Part shown: positions 1 to 10,180 of the stretch, in pieces
Numbering within the stretch: position 1 is the first letter of the stretch
Layout: every line of letters starts with the position of its first letter
Assembly: GCA_963764165.1 (NCBI GenBank)
Contig: CAVXRD010000002.1
Coordinates: 3,520,001-3,584,000 of the forward strand
Source: an uncultured Verrucomicrobiae bacterium
Lineage (GTDB): Bacteria; Verrucomicrobiota; Verrucomicrobiia; Limisphaerales; Palsa-1400
Direction: 5' to 3'
Length of the DNA: 64,000 nt
Program-made: the position numbers and the translations under genes
The notes under the pieces: model-generated
Databases searched by the model: none
Seen by the model: the letters and a program-made list of their open reading frames with translations, nothing else
What the model was told of the DNA's origin: nothing

Positions 1-343
1 CATCAAAGGCCCGCAGGTGATCGAATTCTTGAAACATCTGCAACGCCACATCCCGGGCAAGCTTCTGGTCATTTGGGACGGTGGTCCCATCCACCGCAGC
101 CGGCTGGTGCGGGACTATGTGGATCAACTGAAAGGCAAAATCTGGGTGGAACGACTGCCTGCCTATGCGCCCGAACTCAATCCCACCGAGTATGTCTGGG
201 GTTACTTCAAGCAGCACGAGTTGCCCAATCTTTGCGCGGCCGACCTGGCGAAGTTGAGTCATTGCGGGCGCAAGGCCCTGAGCCGGATGCGGCGCAGACC
301 CAAATTGGTCACTGCCTTCTGGAAGCAAGCCGAGCTTTGGTGA
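1..343 (+). CDS. IS630-family transposase, C-terminal DDE part (5' end outside the window)
   Basis: Motifs LLVIWDGGPIH and RLPAYAPELNPTEYVW are typical of IS630/Tc1 DDE domains; stop TGA at 341-343. Confidence 0.9.
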   Translation, partial: IKGPQVIEFLKHLQRHIPGKLLVIWDGGPIHRSRLVRDYVDQLKGKIWVERLPAYAPELNPTEYVWGYFKQHELPNLCAADLAKLSHCGRKALSRMRRRPKLVTAFWKQAELW

Positions 344-373
344 TATTGTCACTATATTATACAGAGATCAATA
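1..373 (+). mobile_element. Right end of an IS630-family insertion sequence
   Basis: AT-rich tail after the transposase stop ends in ...GAGATCAA-TA (372-373), consistent with the TA target of IS630; left end not visible, so the boundary is approximate. Confidence 0.65.
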
Positions 374-405
374 ATAAACGTTCGCAGTCCAACAAACCCA
401 CGCAG

Positions 406-2739
406 ATGAAGACACTCATCAAACAATTCATTCTCGCCGCTACGTTGGCTTTCAGCCTCATGGCGCACGCGCAACTCATCGGAAGCTGGCAAGGCAGCGG
501 CAGCGCTCTAACCAGGGCAGGGGACGAGGGCTGGATTGACTGGGGCAACGGGCTATCGATCACCAACCCCGCCAACACCAACAAATACCAGTTTGTCACG
601 GGTGCCGTGGCCGGCTATAACCAGAGCCTTCAAATCTCGAACGCCGGCTACAACCAAAACCTCGCCATTAAGCTGGAGAATCTCTCGGGTGGCAAAGCGG
701 CTTTCCTGAATAATTACCTTCTGGCATTTACCTTTTCCGTGCCTAGCTCAGCCGCCTCGGGATCGACCGCGGGCTATTCACAGATGTATCAGTTGGTGGT
801 CAATGCCAGCGGCTTGGGATTTGCCGGGCAGGCCTTCTCCACCAACACATGGAGCGAAACGGGAAGCACAAACAATGATAGCGCAAGCGGCCAGCCAAAC
901 TATTACTTCTACGGCGGCGCTCCGGCCCGTTCGCAGACCCTCGTGTTCAACTACTCGAATATCCTATCCCAGATCACGGCGACGACCAATAGCGGTTACA
1001 TCGAATTGATCTTTACTTTCAACAACGGTGGTGGCGCTGCGACCAACTACTTTATGAACAACGTCGAGTTGCTTGGTTCAGCGGCGCAAGCGCCTCCGGG
1101 AGCCATCATCGTTGACGATTTTGTTCCGGCCGGTGTCAGTTCGACGAATCCAACGAACTACGACCGTTACTCAAGCGCCGAAGTGTATTCCAGCGGGCAA
1201 ATCACCAATGTCTACGGCAACTGGTTTGGCGGCGCGTTCTCTTCACTTGAATGGGATCCTTCCACGGACGCGGGAAACAATCCCACGTCGGGCTCTCTGG
1301 AAATTAACCTGAACTGGAGCGGCGGCTCGCAGTTCGTCGTGTGGGATCAAGGTTCAGCCAACAATTACTTTGCCTTGAGCACCCTTGGCATCAACGGCAC
1401 GCAATATACCAATTTCCAATGCGACGTTAAATTCGCCCCGGGATCGGTTTCCGCCCAGGGATCCGCCAGCCAGCCGATTTTTGGCCATTTGCGATTCGGC
1501 CACCGCACATCAAGCTACGGCCAGGATTGGTTTGGGGCCGTGGACGTTGCTGCGACGAATACCAATTGGGTGCATGTCAGTGTCTCTCTGAACGCCGTGA
1601 CGGATACTTCCCTGACAAACATGGGTGGCTTGATCATCGGCATCGATAGCGGTTTTTACGGACTCAACTTCACCAGCGGCGATACAACCTTGTGGGTGGA
1701 CAACCTCGAATTCACCGGGCCGACCACTGCCGTGAAGGTAGCGCCACCAACCCTGGCCATGCAAAAAGCGACTCCCGGCTTGCGGATTTTTGCCGGTTCC
1801 ACAGCAAATGTTTATGACCGGGAGGAACTCGCCACCACCGATAACAATCAATCATGGGTTGGCGGAAGCTATCCGGTAAGCTACTCCTTCAGCCTTTCGG
1901 ATTACCCGGCGAACATCAACCAGACGCACATTTTCATCGTGCCCCAAAACACCGCGGGCGGCGCGATGGGAAACGATGGGACTCTCAACGAATACATCGA
2001 ATACCAAGCTACCAATATGCTATGGATGGTGATTAATCCTGGCGCTGGTGGCCAAGTGGTAGCTTCTGTGCAATGGAAAACAAACCTTCCCAATGCGAAT
2101 CCCAACCAGACGGCGCTGACCATCACCAATTCAAAGGCAGTTGGCACGTGGACTCTTACTTTCACCAGCCCGTCCACTGGCACACTCACGGCCCCCGGCG
2201 CCAGCCCGGCGGCATTCATCATCAATGATGCGAATGTCACGACCGATTTCGCGAATCCCGCTGTGGCATACTTTGGATTGCAGCCGAACTCCACCGCCGG
2301 TGAAGGAGAATTTGAAGATTGGGGTTCGATATCCGTGACTGGCGTTTCCGGCGCGCAGGAAAGCGAGCAGTTCAACAATGAATCCAGCTTTAATCAGAAT
2401 GGTTATTGGGCAATAAACGGGGCCAACACGACGGGTGTGCAATTTGTTCCATCCAGCACCGCTTACTGGATCAACTGGACGCTCCCGGCAAACGGCTTTG
2501 GCTTGGGCACTGCGACAAGTCTTACCGGCAACACCAACACCTCCGGTTACCCGTGGGTGCTGCCTGAGTACTACAACAATTACGGCGACGGGCTGAACCT
2601 TCCTGGCGGCGCCACGCAGGGCACAAATTTCTGGGTGCAAATTCCGACCTACTGCCTGCCGACTTCCGACGGCACGGTGGGCGGACCAATCTCGTCGAAC
2701 GCCTTCTTCAAGCTGTTCAATCCGCCATTGTCGAATTAG
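406..2739 (+). CDS. Large secreted protein, beta-rich, probably carbohydrate-binding-like domains
   Basis: ATG 406 starts a signal peptide (MKTLIKQFILAATLAFSLMAHA); N/S/T/G/W-rich; ends NAFFKLFNPPLSN. The ORF-track extension to 73 lies inside the IS. Confidence 0.8.
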   Translation: MKTLIKQFILAATLAFSLMAHAQLIGSWQGSGSALTRAGDEGWIDWGNGLSITNPANTNKYQFVTGAVAGYNQSLQISNAGYNQNLAIKLENLSGGKAAFLNNYLLAFTFSVPSSAASGSTAGYSQMYQLVVNASGLGFAGQAFSTNTWSETGSTNNDSASGQPNYYFYGGAPARSQTLVFNYSNILSQITATTNSGYIELIFTFNNGGGAATNYFMNNVELLGSAAQAPPGAIIVDDFVPAGVSSTNPTNYDRYSSAEVYSSGQITNVYGNWFGGAFSSLEWDPSTDAGNNPTSGSLEINLNWSGGSQFVVWDQGSANNYFALSTLGINGTQYTNFQCDVKFAPGSVSAQGSASQPIFGHLRFGHRTSSYGQDWFGAVDVAATNTNWVHVSVSLNAVTDTSLTNMGGLIIGIDSGFYGLNFTSGDTTLWVDNLEFTGPTTAVKVAPPTLAMQKATPGLRIFAGSTANVYDREELATTDNNQSWVGGSYPVSYSFSLSDYPANINQTHIFIVPQNTAGGAMGNDGTLNEYIEYQATNMLWMVINPGAGGQVVASVQWKTNLPNANPNQTALTITNSKAVGTWTLTFTSPSTGTLTAPGASPAAFIINDANVTTDFANPAVAYFGLQPNSTAGEGEFEDWGSISVTGVSGAQESEQFNNESSFNQNGYWAINGANTTGVQFVPSSTAYWINWTLPANGFGLGTATSLTGNTNTSGYPWVLPEYYNNYGDGLNLPGGATQGTNFWVQIPTYCLPTSDGTVGGPISSNAFFKLFNPPLSN

Positions 2740-2804
2740 ATTACGGACGTAAAATTCGTCTCGGCTATCTCCCCGCAAGCGGGTCGAGAGGGAAAGACAT
2801 TCAT

Positions 2805-4751
2805 TTGCGAGCCGCGCCACAATATAAATTCGGTTTGACATTGCTCGGAGCCGCCTTCCTTTTGGCGGCGCTTGGGACTTCGGCGGCGGAATTGCCATTT
2901 GTCAGTCCAATTTTTGGCGACAACATGATTCTTCAACGCGGGAAGACCAACACGATCTGGGGCTGGGCCAAGCCCGGCGAAACGATCCGCGTGGAATTGG
3001 CCGGTCAAACTGTCGAAACCAAAACAAGCGCCGACGGGCGCTGGGAGGCGCGCATCCTGCCTCCGCAAACATTGGATGCCCTTGCCCTTCGCGTCAGCGG
3101 TTCGCGAACCGCCACGTTCACTAACATCCTCGTCGGCGATGTGTGGATTTGCGGCGGGCAATCCAACATGGAATTTCCTCTATCCCGCGCCCGCAATGGC
3201 GATGCGGAACTCAAGGCGGCGAATCATCCGGCCATCCGATTGTTCAACGCCAAACAACAACCTGCTTATTCTCCGGCTTCGGTGCTTTCCGGCAGATGGA
3301 AAGTTTGCACGCCGCAGACGGCTGCCGCAGACGGCGGCGTTTCGGCTATTGGCTATTTCTTTGCGCTGAAAATTCAAGGCGAGACTGGTGTGCCCATCGG
3401 CCTCATCAAGGATTGCTGGGGCGGCACAACGGCGGAGGCGTGGTGCAGCGCGGAGGCATTGCGGCCTTTCAAGGACTTTGATGTTGCGCTGGCGGAGGTC
3501 GCGCGACTTCATGCCGATGGAGCGCCCGAATACGGGAATTACATTTCCCATTGGTACGACGAATATGACGTTGGGCAAAAGGAGAATTGGTGGTCCCCTG
3601 CCTTGGACGATCACGATTGGAAAACTGTGCCGGTGCCCGGCGGCTTTAGCGAGCTTGGCGTCCCTGACGCGCCCGCCGTTTGTTATTTCCGCAAGGAAGT
3701 GGTTTTGACAAATCCCTTGCCCGCGGGAGCAGCTAAAATCTTCTTGGGCGTCGTTGAACGAATGGATACCACGCAAATCAACGGCAAATGGGTGGGCGCA
3801 AGCGCGTGGGTCGAGAACCCGCGCAAGTACGCCATCACCGATGGCGTCCTCAAGCCCGGAACAAACCTCATCGCGGTGCGCGTCTTCAAGACAAAGCCGG
3901 ACGGCGGTTTCAAGTCTCCGCCGGAAGTGCTCAAGCTCATTCTCGGCGATGGCACTGAAATTCCATTGGCTGGCCAGTGGAAAGCCAAAGTCAGCGTCGA
4001 CGCAAAACCGCCTCACCCGCTGCCGCTGGGATTTGAAAACTGGCCGACCATGCCGAGCGTTTTGAAGAATGGAATGATTGATCCCCTTACGAACTTCGCG
4101 CTGGCGGGCGTGCTGTGGTATCAGGGCGAAGCCAACGTGGGGCGCGCCGAGCAATATCGCCGCCTTTTGCCTGCGATGATCGCGGACTGGCGAAAGACAT
4201 TTGCGCAGGGCGATGTGCCGTTCTACATCGTGAGCCTCGCGGCATTTCAGCATCGCAACCCGTCGCCCGGCGATGACGCGTGGGCTGAATTGCGCGAAGC
4301 ACAGGCATTCACGGCGGCCACGATGCCCCATTCCGGCCTCGCGCTGGCCATTGATCTCGGAAGCGCGGATGACATCCATCCTATTGACAAGAAGGAAGTC
4401 GGCGTCCGGCTGGCTTTGTGGGCGCTGGACGATCTGTTCGCCCGCAAAGCGCCGTGCTCGGGACCGACTTTCGATCATGCGGCAGAAATGACCGGCGCGC
4501 TGCGGATATACTTCACGCACACCGATGGCGGGTTGAAGGTGAAGGGGGATAAATTGGGCGAATTCTCAATCGCAGGCACGGATCGCAAGTGGCATTGGGC
4601 CAATGCCAAACTCGACGGTGACACCGTTATTGTTTCCTCGGAATCAGTGCCGCTGCCGAAGTTTGTTCGTTATGCATGGCAGGCAAATCCGTTGGCGACA
4701 TTATACAATGGCGCTGGTTTGCCTGCCGTTCCATTCCGCACTGACCCCTGA
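2805..4751 (+). CDS. Secreted SGNH acetylesterase (sialate O-acetylesterase/SASA type) with an inserted beta-sandwich domain
   Basis: FGDNMILQR, GDVWICGGQSNM, WYQGEAN, DIHP and PFRTD motifs; start codon uncertain. Confidence 0.88.
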   Translation: MRAAPQYKFGLTLLGAAFLLAALGTSAAELPFVSPIFGDNMILQRGKTNTIWGWAKPGETIRVELAGQTVETKTSADGRWEARILPPQTLDALALRVSGSRTATFTNILVGDVWICGGQSNMEFPLSRARNGDAELKAANHPAIRLFNAKQQPAYSPASVLSGRWKVCTPQTAAADGGVSAIGYFFALKIQGETGVPIGLIKDCWGGTTAEAWCSAEALRPFKDFDVALAEVARLHADGAPEYGNYISHWYDEYDVGQKENWWSPALDDHDWKTVPVPGGFSELGVPDAPAVCYFRKEVVLTNPLPAGAAKIFLGVVERMDTTQINGKWVGASAWVENPRKYAITDGVLKPGTNLIAVRVFKTKPDGGFKSPPEVLKLILGDGTEIPLAGQWKAKVSVDAKPPHPLPLGFENWPTMPSVLKNGMIDPLTNFALAGVLWYQGEANVGRAEQYRRLLPAMIADWRKTFAQGDVPFYIVSLAAFQHRNPSPGDDAWAELREAQAFTAATMPHSGLALAIDLGSADDIHPIDKKEVGVRLALWALDDLFARKAPCSGPTFDHAAEMTGALRIYFTHTDGGLKVKGDKLGEFSIAGTDRKWHWANAKLDGDTVIVSSESVPLPKFVRYAWQANPLATLYNGAGLPAVPFRTDP

Positions 4752-4849
4752 GTTCGTCTGACAACGCTCGCAGTCACTGGCAAATCTCGGCAGGAGGCCC
4801 CAACCAAGGAATGAGCGAGAAGTTCCGACGAAGAAATTTCGCCTTTGGT

Positions 4850-4953
4850 GGTAGGGACGCCTCGGCGAGGTGTCCGGTTGCGCGTGAAAGTTTTTGTGGG
4901 CCGCATCGTTCAACAATGCCTCACCCCGGACGCCTCGGCGAGGCGTCCCTACC
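4850..4953. repeat. Inverted pair of GTAG-type REP palindromes (REPIN-like)
   Basis: GGTAGGGACGCCTCGGCGAGGTGTCCGG (4850-4877) and CCGGACGCCTCGGCGAGGCGTCCCTACC (4926-4953) are reverse complements with 2 mismatches; they lie between convergent genes. Confidence 0.85.
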
Positions 4954-4989
4954 TTCACAAGACAGTTCGTTGGCAGCCTCTACCGAGAC

Positions 4990-7605
4990 CTAATCACGTC
5001 CGACCCATGTGCTTTCAGGAGGTCCAAGGTAGCTCGGCCTCAGCCCGCCGCAATCAATAACAATCTTTTGCACAACCACCGCTGGATCCACCATCCAGAT
5101 TCTCAAGGTATGCGCGCCCGGCGAAGCTATATTGTGGCTGGAGACGACTTTGCGAATCTCATCGCGCACCGATTGTTCCCAATCCGCATTGCCGTCGCCT
5201 GCGATATAATCCTTGGGAACCACAGTTAGCAATTGCGGCGGCTCGTCGTCAATAGATGCCGCGATTCGAACTCCGCGGTCAGGCGCGAAATTCAGGCATG
5301 GGGAAAGGTATAATATGCTTTTCACCGGCCCCGTATTTGTCAGCCAAATTCGATATTCCAAAACGGGAGGGTTGCTTGGCGGGTTCACGCTTGGAGCAGT
5401 CGGCGGCATCACAGTCATTGCACATAATGTCCGTCCATGGTCTGGCAGCGCCACCCAGCGCGCGGCGGACGAATCGCGCTTGCCCGCATAGTGCGCCGCC
5501 TCTATGGAGACGCATCCGCCAGACTCCACGAAACCACGCCAGTCTTTCGGCCGATTTTCCGGCAGCGCGCGAGAGGCCGGCTGAGTCTGAAGCGAATCCA
5601 CTTTCGCGACCGAGTTTGTGATTTCAACGACGGCTGGCATTACATCCTTGTCAGGCTGTTGCCAGGTTGCATAACTGATGTGCGTCTGGTCCATCATGTG
5701 ATTCCATTTTCCACCGGCTAGCTTATGGTTGTAATAGCCGGCAAGGTCGGCGTCCATTTTGAATAGCTCTTTTGCACGTGCCGCCCATGTATTGGCCCGA
5801 CCGTCGCCCGCCTGGGCGTAGAACCGATTTCGCGCCGCCGCAATATATAGCTCAGTCACCGTGGCGCTCGCCTTAACCGGAAACAGCACAAGCTCATAAA
5901 AGGCGTCTCGCGACGATCCAGGCAGCGTGGCATAAATAGCTTCCGCCTTGTCCGCAATGGTTTGCCATTCCTTCTCAACTCGCGCGGCTTCATTGTAATT
6001 TTGCAGGCTGAAGGTGTCTGGCGAGAGAAGTTCGGGCTTCCGGCGGCCGTTATACTTCGCATAGGCGGCAACTATTTCCGCGATGTCGCCCGCGTGGCCG
6101 GGGCCGAATTCCCGGGTGGCCCATAGTTTAAGGTAATGATTCAAACTGTCCGGCGTCCACGCGGAAGGATTCCATGCGAAGGTTAGAAAAAACTCAATCG
6201 GCACTTCAAGCGGCTTGATGTCTCCAACATTGGCGATCCACAGATTTGTTGCGCCATAGGCATAAGCCAGATTCATTTGCTCCCAGACTTTCGGCAGCGG
6301 CGATGTATTGATCCACTTGTAATTGCGCGGGCCGCCGACGTAATCGAAATGGTAATAAATACCCGCGCCTCCCGCGCGACGGCGTTCAGTTTCCGTGGGC
6401 AGGCGGCGAATATCGCCCCAATTGTCATCGCACCAAAGCAAAGTCACGTCGTCCGGCACCCTCATTCCGCGTTCGTAATAGCCCTGCACCTCCTTGTATA
6501 GCGCCCAGACTTGCGGGACTTGTTCTACGTTGGGGCTTATAATGTCGCCGATAAGACTGCGTTGATCAGCGACAATCTTTTCAAGCAGCGAGACGCTTTC
6601 TTTTTCACTCATCGGCTCGTCGCCATCGCCGCGCATTCCGATGGTGATGAGTTTTTCGTAATCCTTCGTGCGGCGCAAACCTTCGGCCCAGAACTTTTGC
6701 AACTTGTCCTTATTCTTGACGTAATCCCAACTGTGCGGGCCGTTTCCAGCGCGTTTCCATTCCTGCCACGCGCGCATCAGCGGCTCATGATGGGACGTGC
6801 CCATAACCACGCCGTATTCGTCGGCGAGTTTGGCATTGAGCGGATCGTCGGTGGCGAAGGAGTTGTCCCACATCGCGGGCCACAGGCAATTCCCTTTCAT
6901 GCGCAGGATCAGCTCGAACACGTTCGTATACATGCCGTGGTTCAACTCCCCGTATTTTTGGCGGGCCCACGTCATCAGGCATGGGCCTTCGTCATTGATG
7001 AAAATGCCGCGATACTTGACAACAGGCGGCGCGAGCCAATGCCGGCCCGCGCGGGCGAACAGCTTCTCATGATGTTTGGCTGGGATATCGGCAAACCAAT
7101 GCCACGGCGACACGCCCATCTGCTCCGAAATATCATACGCGGCGTAAATCGTCCCGCGCTTGTCGCTGCCCGCGATCACCAGTGCGCTTTTTACTCCCGG
7201 AAACGGATTCTCCACGACTTGCACAACGCCCGCTTCCCACGCGCCAGCCACGCCCGTCACGTCGATCTTCTTTTCTTTTATGAGCGCGTCCAATAGCGCA
7301 TTGCGTCCAATCGTGCCAACTATGATGGGTGACGCGCCTGCGTCTGCGATGTTGTTCGTCAGAACTGGAGTGAGGCTCGACACGCGCGTCATGTCGGAGC
7401 GCAAATCCTTGGCGGCGCGAACGACGCCGGGCCAGTCGTTGGTGTCAACCAAAACTGCCGCCGTCCTGCCGTCGGCAAAGAGACAGAAATCACCCGGCTG
7501 CCCGCGTTCGGACACAAACGAGTTGGTTGTCAACGCAGCCATGGAACCGGCGAACAGGAGCGCCGCGAGGCCGCAAACAAATCGCCAGGCGAATGAAGCT
7601 CTCAC
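4990..7605 (-). CDS. GH115 alpha-glucuronidase
   Basis: GSDKRGTIY, KYRGIFINDE, WPAMW, GTSHHEP, GMRGDGD and YYHFDYVGGPRNYKW motifs; likely GTG start at 7605, followed by a signal peptide, just after the upstream stop. Confidence 0.92.
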   Translation of the reverse strand: MRASFAWRFVCGLAALLFAGSMAALTTNSFVSERGQPGDFCLFADGRTAAVLVDTNDWPGVVRAAKDLRSDMTRVSSLTPVLTNNIADAGASPIIVGTIGRNALLDALIKEKKIDVTGVAGAWEAGVVQVVENPFPGVKSALVIAGSDKRGTIYAAYDISEQMGVSPWHWFADIPAKHHEKLFARAGRHWLAPPVVKYRGIFINDEGPCLMTWARQKYGELNHGMYTNVFELILRMKGNCLWPAMWDNSFATDDPLNAKLADEYGVVMGTSHHEPLMRAWQEWKRAGNGPHSWDYVKNKDKLQKFWAEGLRRTKDYEKLITIGMRGDGDEPMSEKESVSLLEKIVADQRSLIGDIISPNVEQVPQVWALYKEVQGYYERGMRVPDDVTLLWCDDNWGDIRRLPTETERRRAGGAGIYYHFDYVGGPRNYKWINTSPLPKVWEQMNLAYAYGATNLWIANVGDIKPLEVPIEFFLTFAWNPSAWTPDSLNHYLKLWATREFGPGHAGDIAEIVAAYAKYNGRRKPELLSPDTFSLQNYNEAARVEKEWQTIADKAEAIYATLPGSSRDAFYELVLFPVKASATVTELYIAAARNRFYAQAGDGRANTWAARAKELFKMDADLAGYYNHKLAGGKWNHMMDQTHISYATWQQPDKDVMPAVVEITNSVAKVDSLQTQPASRALPENRPKDWRGFVESGGCVSIEAAHYAGKRDSSAARWVALPDHGRTLCAMTVMPPTAPSVNPPSNPPVLEYRIWLTNTGPVKSILYLSPCLNFAPDRGVRIAASIDDEPPQLLTVVPKDYIAGDGNADWEQSVRDEIRKVVSSHNIASPGAHTLRIWMVDPAVVVQKIVIDCGGLRPSYLGPPESTWVGRD

Positions 7606-7612
7606 ACGCGGC

Positions 7613-10180
7613 TCAGTTTGTTTCCGCCGGCTTGAAATGTTTCGCGGCAAATTCCAGAAACGCCGGCCAATTGGGAGCGTCCGTGTGGCCGCTTCTATGC
7701 TGGCGGAAGGCAATATCGCCGTCGCATAAAGTTTCAACCGGTGGAAATTCTTTTTCCGCAAACGGCTTCTTGCCCAGCAAAGTGTAGACGGGCGCCGCCC
7801 CCACACCGGCGAGGAATGAGCCCTTCGGATCACACCAGCCATCGCCCTTTTCCAGCGTCCCGGCGCTGAGAAAAACCGGCCGCGGCGCGCACAGCGCGAT
7901 GAGTTCATGCGAATCGACGGGAAGATCATTCCAATGCAGCGGCCCGGCATATTTGATGAAATTGCCAGCCATCCAATGATACTCGCCGCTGCTGGCGACA
8001 TTCTCGACAATTTCCCCCCAATCGCGCCTGTGCAGCTTTGCGCCGCCCTCGCCGGAGGAACTCACGTAGACGGCGGCAAATCGCGGATCATAAGCCATCG
8101 CCACCAGCGCCGCCTTGCCGTAGCGCGAATGGCCTTCGATGCCGACGTGTGTCGCGTCAAGCGCCTTGTCGGTTTCAAAATAATCCAGCGCGCGGCTGGA
8201 TCCCCAGGCCCACGCGCGCAATGCGCCCCAGTCATCGGCCTTGCGGGCCTGGCCTTTGTTGCAAAGGCCGATGATGCCTTTGCAGAGGCCCGCGCCGTTA
8301 TCGGCCTGCACGCTCACAGGATTCAACACCGCCGAGGCCCAGCCGCGAGCGAGGCACTGCTGCTGCCACGTCGGGCCGGACTGGGCGGGCGGCCGGGCGC
8401 GTCCGCCAAAGTTGAAACCTAACTGCATGATAACTGGCACGGGATGCGCCGCCGCTTCAGGCGTGCTTAACGTGAGTTGAATGTTTACGTCAATATTGGT
8501 GCAGCCCGAATTATCCACATGCCCCGCAAGTTCCCTTGTGATGACCGAAACGCCGCCGTTTGTTTCATGGAGGGTGCTGACGATTTCCCAGTTCACATGT
8601 GGAGCTGCCGTTGGCACGCGTCCGTAAATCTCGCGGTCGAAATCTTCCACAATTTCCGGGCGGCGTTTGTTCCACCACGTTTCGGCGCTCGTGACTTTCT
8701 CGCCGTTTTCCAACGTGAGCGGGTCGGGAAGGGTGGGAAATGGATTTGCTTTTGCCTCCTTGTAATTGGCGTAATTGGGTGAGTTCGTATTGTAACCTTC
8801 CCGACCCGGGCGAATCGATTTGATGCCGAGGAGTTGGAGCATTTTTTTGAAATCGGCTTGCGTAGCCGCTTGCGTGGCTGGGTCGTTGCCCCGCGCCGGA
8901 GGATTCGTGGAAGGCGCTGGCGGCCAAACGCGGAATTCGCCGCTGCAATGAAGCATGGCCAGCATGTATAACATTCCATCGTAGTAACGGTAATGGCCGC
9001 GCGGAACCTGCAGGTTCCACAGCGCATCCACAAAAGGTTTGCCCTCCTCAGGATTGACGGCAAGCGCGGCGACGGCGTTCATCGCCACCAGTCCGGCCGC
9101 GTGGGTGGGCTTGAGCGTTTCGCCGTCGATCGTGAATTGATAACCGTACGAATCCATCCCCTGTGATTTAAAAAACGCGAGCAGCCGCGCGCTCAATGCC
9201 TGTTCTCGCGGGTCGGCGCGCCACCACGTCCAATCCACTGACCAGTTCATCGCGGTGCGCCACGCGTCGGCGATGAAATTCGTCGCCTTCCGGTTCCAGT
9301 CGGGACCGCACGGCGTGCCATCGAACTCGCTGTAATCGGGAGTCAAGCCAGTCTGCGCATTGGCCGCCCGCTGAAAATAATCCCGGCTTGCCGCCGCCGC
9401 GCCTTTCCAAAATTCGCGATCCCGTTCCGGGCCATAGCGCGCCCAGACTTCATAAAACGCCGGCAAATGATAGGACGGATCAGTATGGTCGCCCGATCCT
9501 GCGACCGGTGAAAAACGCACTTGTTTGAAGTCGGGATGGAACATGGCGCCAACTGTTTTTTCGCCGCGAGCCGTCGGGCCAGTGATGATTTCGCGATGGC
9601 GCATGGCGTCAAGTATTTTGTCGGCCTCGCCCCTGTAATTGTAGATGCCCGGGCCGCTGCCCCAGCGTCCGGCGGCAAACAGGAGCGCGGTGGCATAGTA
9701 TTCCTCGCCATCGGGCGCGGGCATTTCATCGTTCGCGGCTCCGTTGGTCTTCATGGACCACGCGAAGTACCCGCGCGCGGGATGTTTTGCGCCCGTCTGC
9801 TGCATGAACGTCTTCGACCAATTCCAAAGCGCATCGAACTCCGCCTTCCGCCCGAGCTGCACTGAAATCATCATGCCATAAGACATTCCTTCGGAACGGA
9901 CGTCGCCGCTGTTAACGTCAAGCATGTAGGCGAGGGGGCCGTTGGAGTTCGCGCCAGCACTGAAATAGACCGCTTCATCCTGGGGATCGCCGTGGAAAAG
10001 CTGTTGGAAGCCGGAGTTCAAACGGGCTTCCGCCTCCGCCTTGACATGGCCATGCTCGGCGAATAAATTGCGTGTCAAAGCAATCGCGCCGGATACGGCT
10101 TCATTTGACTGCGCCGCGCCTTTGGGTGCTAGCGCGAGAATGGAACTAAGAATGGCGATGCTGGCGATAAAGAATCTCAT
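7613..10180 (-). CDS. Secreted fusion of a GH8 xylanase/Rex-like domain and a CE15 glucuronoyl esterase
   Basis: N half: DVRSEGMSYGM, APDGEEY, TDPSYHLPAFY, DAWR, YYDGMLY. C half: LPDPL, WGALRAWAWG, GHSRYGK, SSGEGG, IALCAPRP. Confidence 0.9.
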   Translation of the reverse strand: MRFFIASIAILSSILALAPKGAAQSNEAVSGAIALTRNLFAEHGHVKAEAEARLNSGFQQLFHGDPQDEAVYFSAGANSNGPLAYMLDVNSGDVRSEGMSYGMMISVQLGRKAEFDALWNWSKTFMQQTGAKHPARGYFAWSMKTNGAANDEMPAPDGEEYYATALLFAAGRWGSGPGIYNYRGEADKILDAMRHREIITGPTARGEKTVGAMFHPDFKQVRFSPVAGSGDHTDPSYHLPAFYEVWARYGPERDREFWKGAAAASRDYFQRAANAQTGLTPDYSEFDGTPCGPDWNRKATNFIADAWRTAMNWSVDWTWWRADPREQALSARLLAFFKSQGMDSYGYQFTIDGETLKPTHAAGLVAMNAVAALAVNPEEGKPFVDALWNLQVPRGHYRYYDGMLYMLAMLHCSGEFRVWPPAPSTNPPARGNDPATQAATQADFKKMLQLLGIKSIRPGREGYNTNSPNYANYKEAKANPFPTLPDPLTLENGEKVTSAETWWNKRRPEIVEDFDREIYGRVPTAAPHVNWEIVSTLHETNGGVSVITRELAGHVDNSGCTNIDVNIQLTLSTPEAAAHPVPVIMQLGFNFGGRARPPAQSGPTWQQQCLARGWASAVLNPVSVQADNGAGLCKGIIGLCNKGQARKADDWGALRAWAWGSSRALDYFETDKALDATHVGIEGHSRYGKAALVAMAYDPRFAAVYVSSSGEGGAKLHRRDWGEIVENVASSGEYHWMAGNFIKYAGPLHWNDLPVDSHELIALCAPRPVFLSAGTLEKGDGWCDPKGSFLAGVGAAPVYTLLGKKPFAEKEFPPVETLCDGDIAFRQHRSGHTDAPNWPAFLEFAAKHFKPAETN

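Noticed and set aside
73..405. N-terminal extension of the 888-aa ORF
   Set aside because: Alternate frame of the IS630 transposase; the signal peptide starts at ATG 406
7606..8010. Long overlap between the GH115 ORF and the CE15 domain
   Set aside because: Artefact of longest-ORF calling; a GTG with signal peptide sits at 7605
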